Positions 8,422 to 16,900 of a stretch of DNA of 29,193 nucleotides are shown here, in pieces. The notes beneath the pieces are model-generated. The model did no database searches. It was not told the origin of the DNA and saw only the letters and a list, made by a program, of their open reading frames with translations. The position numbers and the translations under genes are program-made. The stretch is from positions 1-29,193 of IMG/VR virus record IMGVR_UViG_3300020042_002655; one strand, given 5' to 3'. Each line of letters begins with the position of its first letter. Positions within the stretch are counted from its first letter, which is position 1. This stretch comes from a virus. Lineage: Duplodnaviria > Caudoviricetes.

Positions 8422-10971
8422 ATGATTAACGTCAATCAAGTCGCGTCGCAACTGGCCCGCATGCCGGATAAAGCGTTGCAGCAGTTCGCTGCTATGCACA
8501 AAGATGATCCTTACACCTTGTCGATGGCACTGTCTGAGAGCAACCGCCGTAAACAAATGCGTGCCGGCGCGCAGGCACAGGGTGGCGAACAGCCCAAGGT
8601 TGTCGATCAAGTTATTCAAGGTATGGGGCCAGAACAAGCACCGCAGCAACCTATGCCGCAGGAACCGCAAGAACCACAGCCTGCACAAGCCGGTCGTCAA
8701 CTGCCAGAAGAACAAGGTATTGGCGCTCTACCCGCACCAAACATGCAGGGTATGGCTGATGGCGGTATTGTGGGTTACGCAGCTAGAGGCGCTGTTAAGG
8801 CAGAAGACCCGCTTGCCCAGTACGAGCCAATGATCCGCGCTGAAGCTGCACGCCAAGGCATTGACCCTGAAGTGGCCATGCGCTTATTCCGTCAAGAGTC
8901 TGGTGGACAAAAAGACGTTGTGTCGGCAAAAGGCGCTGTTGGTCTTGGGCAGTTAATGCCTGCTGCTGCAAAAGAAATGGGCCTAAAACCAGAAGAACGC
9001 AAAGACCCTGCTAAAAATATTCCAGCGTCTATTGGCTACTTTAAAAAGCAGCTTGATCGGTTTGGTACTTATGATAAAGCTGCCGCTGCGTATAACTGGG
9101 GCCCGGGCAACGTAGAAAAACACATCACTGAAAGCGTTAAAAAGAACCGTGACTTCCGCGTTGGTCTGCCAAAAGAAACGGCGGGCTATTTAACTGCTGT
9201 GGTGCCTGTAGCCACTGCTCGTGCAGAAGACGGTATTTCGTCGCTCATTAAAAAAGGAACAACAGGCAAAAGCGACCTTCTTTCAAGACCCGGAGATAAA
9301 TACAGCAAAAGCGACCTTCTTTTAAGACCCGGAGATAAATTCGGCACAATTCTTACTGGCACAAAACCTACAACACCCGCTGCGCCATTAGGCGGTCGTG
9401 ATGTTCCCGGCTCGCCAGAAGATATTGCGTACCAAGCGCAGCTTAAAGCAGAACGCGGTCCTGAAAAAAGTTATTTAGCGCAACGTGGTCAAGAGTTGTT
9501 AGGTGCGCCAGAAGCATTAGCATCTTTGGTTACGGGGGCCTTCTCTCCGGCAACAGGCGCAGCGCGTGCAGGTATTGATCGTTTGTTGGGCGGCGATATG
9601 TCGGTAGAAGAAGGTGCTAGGAGAATGACGTACGCACCTAGATTTGAAGCCGGACAAGAATCTTTAAGCCAAGCACATCGTGCGCTGGAAGACTTTAAAG
9701 TACCGCCGTATATTCCGGGTGCTACTACTTCACGTTCTCGTTTGCGTGCACCAGCAGCTGTTCGTGCTGCTGAAGCCGCCGCACAAAAAGCGCGAGAAGT
9801 TGCTGCTCAAGCAGAGGCAGCGCAAGCCAGCGCCGCTAGAAGATCAGGCCCTGCGCAAGGGGAGTTGTTTACAAAAGAGCAAGCTCCTATTCCTAATAAA
9901 CCTGTTGCTAAAACACCCTTAAACGAAGCAATGCAGAAAGCAGTAGAGGACAATCGTCGTGCGGAACAAATGTCTTTATTTACCGAAGCCGAGGCACCTG
10001 TGCCGTCTGCCCTAGACCGCGTGCTTAAAAAACGCGATCCGGCATTAGAAGCCGCGCAATCTGCCGCAGAAAAAAGGGCGCGTGGGGCGGAAGATGTTCG
10101 CAGCGCGCGGGAAGCAGTGGAGCAACGCCGCCAACTAGAAGCTAACAGAGAAGCTCTTAAAGCTCAAGAACGCGCCAAAAAAGCAAAAGACGAAGCAATC
10201 GGTAAAGAAACAAAAGCTGTAGAAGAAAATATACTGGATCGTGTAGACCGACGTTACGATGTGGAACAAGCTGCCCGCGCTGCTATAGCAAGTAAAGTTC
10301 TTCCTGCGGCGGAAGTAGGCGCAAACGTCGAGCCTTTTTCAGAACTAGAAAGCCCACCAGTATCTGATGTGTACCCTGATGAAATGCTGCGCGGTATTAA
10401 GCCTTCTGCCGCAGCAGATACTACAGAAGTGCCTATTGAAGAACGCAGCCGTTTTGAGCCAAAGGCTGAAGCCAAGAAAGGTTCCGGGTTCTCTGACGAA
10501 GATATGCTGATGCTAGGTTTGAACTTGATGGCAGGTAAGTCACAGTACGCGTTATCAAATCTTGGCGAAGCAGGTATTGCTACCCTTGGCGCTAAGAGAG
10601 AGCGTGAAAAACTTGCCGCAGCACAGCAGGAACGTAATATTATGGGCGAGTATTACAAGCGGCTGTCGGGTACACTCGGCACAAGTGCCGAAGAACGTAT
10701 GATTGCTAGAGTTATGCAGGAAGAAGGTATACCGTACGCGCAAGCCATAGAGAGAATCAGTGGCGCTAAGTTTGCACCTAGAGCGGAAACTACCGAGCGC
10801 GATTTCATGAAACAGTACGAATCGCTGGCTAAAACTCCGGGATTCTTAATTGATAATCCTGATGCAGCGGCGTGGGTACAGAACCAAATGAGAATGCGTG
10901 GGCTTACTACAAGCGGATCGTCAAGTCTTACAAACGTCCCTAGATTTTTAGGATACGAAGGACAACAATAA
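8422..10971 (+). CDS. Virion-associated lytic transglycosylase (SLT domain) ejection protein 3
   Basis: SLT motifs RQESGG, GAVGLGQLMP, AAAAYNWGPGNV and ETAGY at about 8820-9200. The rest is low-complexity/helical. AAGGA SD upstream. Confidence 0.85.
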   Translation: MINVNQVASQLARMPDKALQQFAAMHKDDPYTLSMALSESNRRKQMRAGAQAQGGEQPKVVDQVIQGMGPEQAPQQPMPQEPQEPQPAQAGRQLPEEQGIGALPAPNMQGMADGGIVGYAARGAVKAEDPLAQYEPMIRAEAARQGIDPEVAMRLFRQESGGQKDVVSAKGAVGLGQLMPAAAKEMGLKPEERKDPAKNIPASIGYFKKQLDRFGTYDKAAAAYNWGPGNVEKHITESVKKNRDFRVGLPKETAGYLTAVVPVATARAEDGISSLIKKGTTGKSDLLSRPGDKYSKSDLLLRPGDKFGTILTGTKPTTPAAPLGGRDVPGSPEDIAYQAQLKAERGPEKSYLAQRGQELLGAPEALASLVTGAFSPATGAARAGIDRLLGGDMSVEEGARRMTYAPRFEAGQESLSQAHRALEDFKVPPYIPGATTSRSRLRAPAAVRAAEAAAQKAREVAAQAEAAQASAARRSGPAQGELFTKEQAPIPNKPVAKTPLNEAMQKAVEDNRRAEQMSLFTEAEAPVPSALDRVLKKRDPALEAAQSAAEKRARGAEDVRSAREAVEQRRQLEANREALKAQERAKKAKDEAIGKETKAVEENILDRVDRRYDVEQAARAAIASKVLPAAEVGANVEPFSELESPPVSDVYPDEMLRGIKPSAAADTTEVPIEERSRFEPKAEAKKGSGFSDEDMLMLGLNLMAGKSQYALSNLGEAGIATLGAKREREKLAAAQQERNIMGEYYKRLSGTLGTSAEERMIARVMQEEGIPYAQAIERISGAKFAPRAETTERDFMKQYESLAKTPGFLIDNPDAAAWVQNQMRMRGLTTSGSSSLTNVPRFLGYEGQQ
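9266..9340 (+). repeat. In-frame tandem duplication, period 39 bp
   Basis: gcaaaagcgaccttcttt(c/t)aagacccggagataaat at 9266-9301 and 9305-9340, with one mismatch in 36 nt. Confidence 0.9.
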
Positions 10972-13900
10972 TGCCTATTGCCCGTTTCCAGATGCCTGAT
11001 GGCCGGATAGCTCGCTTCGAAGTACCAGAAGGGACTACGCCAGAACAAGCGCAAGTAATGATGGAACAGGCAATGTCTGGAATGCAGCCTGCGGCTACAC
11101 CTAAAGCACCAGAAACAGGGTTTTTAGCCAACATTAAAGCGGGTACCCAAGGTCTTATTGGGGATTTTGGCGCGTTGGGCGCAGTAGCAGGTGTCCCCGG
11201 TGCAGAAGAGTTTGCGGCAAAGCAAAGAGAAAAAGCTGCGCAGACTGCCACCATTGCAGAACTTTCTGACAAGCCGTGGGAGTACGTTAAAGGTCTAGCA
11301 GGGCGTTCTATTCCTTATATGGTTGCACCAGTAGTGGCTGGAGCGCTTGCACCTGAAGCGCTGGTTGCTGGTGTTGGCGCTACTGCGGCAGCAGGGCTTA
11401 CTGGTGGTGCGGCAAGTGCTACTCAATTCGCTGGTTCTAATATTACGCGGCAGTTAGAAACAGGTAAATCTGTTGCTGATGTAAATATTGCCAACGCGCT
11501 TTCTGCCGCGCCGTTTCAAGCTGCTTTAGATGTTGTTGGTATGCGGTTTATACCGGGGCTTCGTGGTATTTTTGGCCAAGCGGGTATTGACCTATCCGAA
11601 GAAGCGGCTAAACAAGTTGTTAAAAAAGGCATAACCAATAACGTCATTGGTAAAGTGCGTGAGTACGGCCCTGTTGTATTAAAAGCTGCTGGCGTTGAGG
11701 GCTTTACCGAAGCGGGGCAAGCGGTACTAGAACGTGCTCAAGCAGGTCTTGAGATTGCCGACCCAGAAGCCCGTAAAGAATATTTTGATAATTTTATAGG
11801 TGGTGCCGTACTAGGCGGGGCGGTGGCTGTTCCGGGCCGTGCTATTGAAAAGATGGGCGCACAGGAAGATATTCTCCAGCGCCAGAAGGATGCCCAAGCT
11901 GCCACTTTTGCAGAGCTTGCTAAAACACCGGAACCAACACCCGTACCAGCCGAAATAGCGCCTGTCGTTGAAGCAGAGCCTTTACCAACAGCCCTTGCAC
12001 CGCTTGCACCTAAGACTGCACCAACTGCGCCTGTTGAATTAGCACCTACCGCCGAGCCTGTATATACACCGCCTGCTGGGGACTTACCTAGCTTGATGGA
12101 CCAGCACCGCACAATGTCTTTACAGCTTGTGCCGTTTGAGACCCAACTGCAAACTGCCGCCGCTAAAGGCGACACCACTGCCATCACTGCTTTGCTCCCG
12201 CAGTACAACGAGTTAAAGACACAAGTTCAGCAACTTGGTACGCATATTGAAAAGCTGGGCGGCACGACCGTTGACGCTGCCACATTTGAGACTACTGCCG
12301 CCTCTACGCTTGCAGACTACGACAAGAAGATTGCTGCTGCCCAGAAGAAGTTAGCCGAAGCCGGTGAGCTTGGTGACTTTGAGGCTATGCCGAAGCTAGG
12401 TACCAAATTAGATACGCTCAAAGCAGAGCAGGCCAAACTAACAACGGACTTCGAAGCCAAGCGTGGTGTGTTAGCCGAGCAGCAAAAGGGTCTGACGCAG
12501 CGTGGTGAGACACGCCCATTGTTTACGGAAGCCGAAGCACCGGAACCAACTCGTGAGCAACAACAGAAGTACGCTGAGTCTCGCGGGGAAGTCTTTGCTG
12601 AAAAACCTGAACAAGCTGCCACCACAGAAGTTATTACAGCGCCTGAAAAAGAAACAGCACCTGCTGATATGTATGACCTGTTCGGCGACTTTAACCTGCT
12701 GAACACGGCAATTAATGATCGTAACCCACAGGTGCTGGCTAACATGCACCGCGCTCGTCAACGCGCAGATCAAAAAGCCTTGGAAGCAAGACAGCCTAAA
12801 CGCACACCGCGTGAACAGGTAGCAGAACTGTTAGGTCCTCAGATTGGCAAAATTATTCGTCGTGAGCGCAACTATGATGTGCGCGAGATTGAAACGGGTG
12901 ACCGTAAGGGCCAAGAAGTTTTTGTTAGTGATGATATAGCCGCAGCAATTATGGCTTTGCGCAACACTGTTGAAAAGCCTGTCGGTAACGCCAAGCGGTC
13001 TTTGTTGCAGCAACTGCATGATGAATTTGATTCGCTGGAAAAGCGCGACGATGCGTTACAGGCTGCGGTTGATGCCGGTGCATCAGAAGTTAAACTTGCT
13101 ACGTTGCGTAACCAAGTAGCTACCGCCCAAACACGATATGAAAAGAAACTAGCCCGTATTGCGCCATACCGCGCAAAGCTCAACGCCCAACTAGCCAAAC
13201 TGTACAAAGAAACAGAAATACAGACACCGCGTCAAAAAGAAGCTGAACTGCAAGCGCTGGGCACATCGGCTCGTGTGTTGTCACGCGAAGCAAAGCGAGC
13301 TAAAAAGTCAACCAAGGCCGAGCTAGGTCTTAAAGCCCAAGCGGAACTAGATGCCGTCCTTGACGATGTTGTGCGTGAGGTTGGCTACAAGACGGAAGAA
13401 TATCAAAAGCTGGTAGGACCTACACAAAAGAAACTCAACGATAAAGTAGAACAGCTTAAAAAGTTTGTTGACACCAGCGTGGCTAAACTCGAAGCCTTAA
13501 AAGCAGAAAAAGGCGAGGACTCAAAAAAATACAACACGGCTGTTACTAATTTTATTAAGCAGAAAAAAGATCGCACTCAAGTTGTAGATGCTTTTGCTAA
13601 GAGCGTGGCCGCAGACCTTGAAGCTAAAGCTAGGGCAATTGGTGCAGCCAGCCCTGCCCTTGCCGAAGCGCAAGAAAAAGCTAAGAAAGAATTTGCAAAA
13701 CGTGAGAAGCCAGTAACCGCTGCGCAAGAACCTGTGTACCAACGCGGTACGCAAGCCACCCGCAACATAAACAAGCTAAGTGAGATACGCACGGAGTCTG
13801 AAGAAAGCCGTGCCGATACTTCACGTAAGCAAGAAACATTTGAAGCTAGAACGCCTGAACCTGCACAGTTTGCAGAAGCCTATGGACGTACTTCAACACG

Positions 13901-16900
13901 TCCAGATTTTATACTAGAAGCTAAACAGCGCGAGGCCGCGCCTAAGAAGAGCAAACGCACAACCAACGTACAAGTTGCGTTGAGGCAAGCCGCTACCGAA
14001 AAGATAGCCGCTAACAAAAAGATGGAGCGGGATTTTAAAGAAGGGTTTGGAAGAGACGTTGAAGACAAACGGTTTGCTCGTGGTGTTGAGATCGAAAGCC
14101 CGGACCTCACCACTGAACAGATCAAGATGTTGGAAGCCAACGATCTGCGCGGAGCAATGCGTTCGATCATGAACGCTCCCGATACTACGCCAATCTATAA
14201 AGCCGTTATCGAAGCTATGCTGCCGATACTGGACGCAACTAACGTCAAGCTGTATGACAAGTTGTATGACCCAGAAGGTAATAAAGTTCTTGGCGAAGCT
14301 GTTAGCAAAATGGTTAAGCTGTCACGCGACGGCGGTTTGTCGCAGGAAGTTTTGTTGCATGAAGCCACCCACGCAGCCGTAGAGCGTGTAATCCAGATGG
14401 GCGAAGCAGACATTAATTTGCTGACCAAAGAGCAGCAAGCTGCGTTTAAAGAACTTAAAGCTATTCACGCACAAGTTAAACGCGATGCAAACATCACCAG
14501 CACCAACGCCAAGAGCAGCTTGTCTGAGTTTGCCGCTGAGTTGTTCTCGAACCGCAACCTGCATGAGCAACTGCGTAAAAAACCGTGGCGTATTTCTAAC
14601 ATGCTGGACGCTATTCGTAGCGTTGTCTTACGCTTGCTCGGCGTTAAGCAGCCACAGTCTATGCTGGGCACCGGGTTAAAAGCTGTTGAAGCGTTGATGA
14701 TGCCGACTAGCATGCGGCCTGTTATTGCAGAAAAACCTGTTAGCCGTAAGTACTCTGCTAAAGACATTGCCGCGTTGCATACGGGCAGTAACTCCATGCG
14801 CCAGTTTGCGGAACAGTTTGGTCCTGAGATTAAACAGAAAGACCGCACACCAGAAGATGTGGACCGTATTGCCCTTGAGCATTTGTACAGAATGGAGATG
14901 GAACCCCAAGATTTTGTTGAGTTTGTGGAGTACAAAAAACTTGACTATAAAGCCCAAGCTACTATGTCAGACGGCACGTTGTATGACGCAGACAATTTAA
15001 AGCATTTTGCAGAAACAGACACGGGCATAGTAGCTGCTTCTGAGGCGCTGAATGACCCTGATCTTCAAAAAGAAGAAGCACGCTGGCTTACAAACGGTAG
15101 AAGAAAAGCGTTGTCTGCCCTTGCAGGTTATTTATCAACAAGCCCCGACTATACGTTGGCAGAAATGGCTTTGGTAGCTAAAGCTGCGTCTAAATACGGC
15201 GTTATATCCGATAAAACCGGCCGTTTAAAAATGGTTAATTTATCGGATAACAACCGGCATCCTGTTGCAATTGTTGGGCGTGAGTCTGCTAACGCAGTGA
15301 TTGTGGAGTTACGTAAAGGCAGCTCGTTAAAAGATGCGTTCTTAACTGGCTTACAAGAATTAGCAGATACAAACGCTAAAGAAAACCGTGGCAAAAACGG
15401 TTGGCAAAAGTTTGAGCAATCTTCCAACTATGACGCGGCAGTCGCGTTAAACGCAGGCGCAGCAGGGACGCCGTGGTGTACAGGCTCTGAAGTATCACAA
15501 GCGGCGGAGCAAATAAGTAAAGGCGATTTTTATATTTACTATAAAGAAGGCCGACCTGAAGTAGCCGTGCGTATGAACGGTACCGATAATATTGGTGAGA
15601 TTCGTGGCAACAGCACGGATCAAGGGCTTAGTAAAGAACAACAAACCATTGCAAAACAATTTTTGCAAACTAATAAATTTAAACGTGCTGACAAATTTAT
15701 TGAAGAGACCGAACGTAAAGAAACTTTAATGCGTTTAGTTTCAAACCCTGAAGATATGCGTGTTGAGGAATTTGAAAGTTTGGATATTGATCTTGGCGCG
15801 CAAGATACAAAAATTCATGAATACAGTCTTGATAAAATGTTGTCTTTTGGTACTTTGTTTGGGTACATGCCGCATAACCCATCTGACAAAGTAAAAAAAG
15901 AACTTGAGCAATTACTGATAAAACAAATTACAAAAAAATACGCTGATGGTTACTGGCTGTACAGCGTTATTGATGATGCTCCTGGTGATACAGCAGATAC
16001 CATTAAGGAAGTAGAAGTGTTGGGCAAGCGGTATACTTTACCGCTCAACAAAATTAAAGCGCTAGATAAAATTGGTATTTCTAGTGAAACACCAGACTTT
16101 GCGTACGATTCTTTAGAATACGTAAAAGATTTTTATGTACATACAAAAAATAATACGGTGTTTCCGCGTATTAAAAATATTGGCACACTTTATGTTTTTG
16201 GTAGGACTAACGGTAATGCCGTGCTTAATCTTCCCGACGGTGCGCTTATTAATAATGTTGCGTCAGCATTAGGGACCATCACTAAAATTGTAATAAACGG
16301 TAAAATAAAAATAAACAACGTAAGGACTTTAGATACTAGCGGAGGAATGATTGACGTTTATGCGCCGGAAGCAGAATACGTAATGGTAAAAACACAAACA
16401 CTAGAAGATGCGGCTAAAATTATCGCGCTTACGTACGGCACGCTAATTCGTAAAAAATTAGTAGCAAACGGTGTTAGTGCCGAAGTCATGTACCATCCAG
16501 CAAAGTACGTGTTTCCCGGCCTTGTTTTACCATCAAATGTAAGAGCTCGTAAAATTATTATTGAATTTTATGATCGTTTACAAAATGTTTTTGGAAAAAA
16601 AGACATTGGAGAAGCAATGTCAAAAACAAAGCAAGACGAAACCGCCGCTGTTTTAAATGATGTTATTAATATGCTTGTAAAAAAGCAAGGCACGCTTACA
16701 AACGTGTATGCTTTAGCTGATAAACAAAAAGCAGCTTTTGATGATTTTGCAGGAGAGTTTATAAATAATCCTTTTCCAAAGGGTGAAGGACGCGTGTATG
16801 CGCCTAACATTATTAATCCGAGCGATGCAGCCTTTACGCAGATAACAGAGAGCCCACGTTACGCACGGACGGATGATTCTGTTGGCGTACACAAAACTAA

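Noticed and set aside
9266-9340. 36-nt direct repeats as a CRISPR mini-array or DGR template/variable pair
   Set aside because: Only two copies 3 nt apart, in frame within a CDS. There is no spacer, no reverse transcriptase gene in the window, and just one mismatch.
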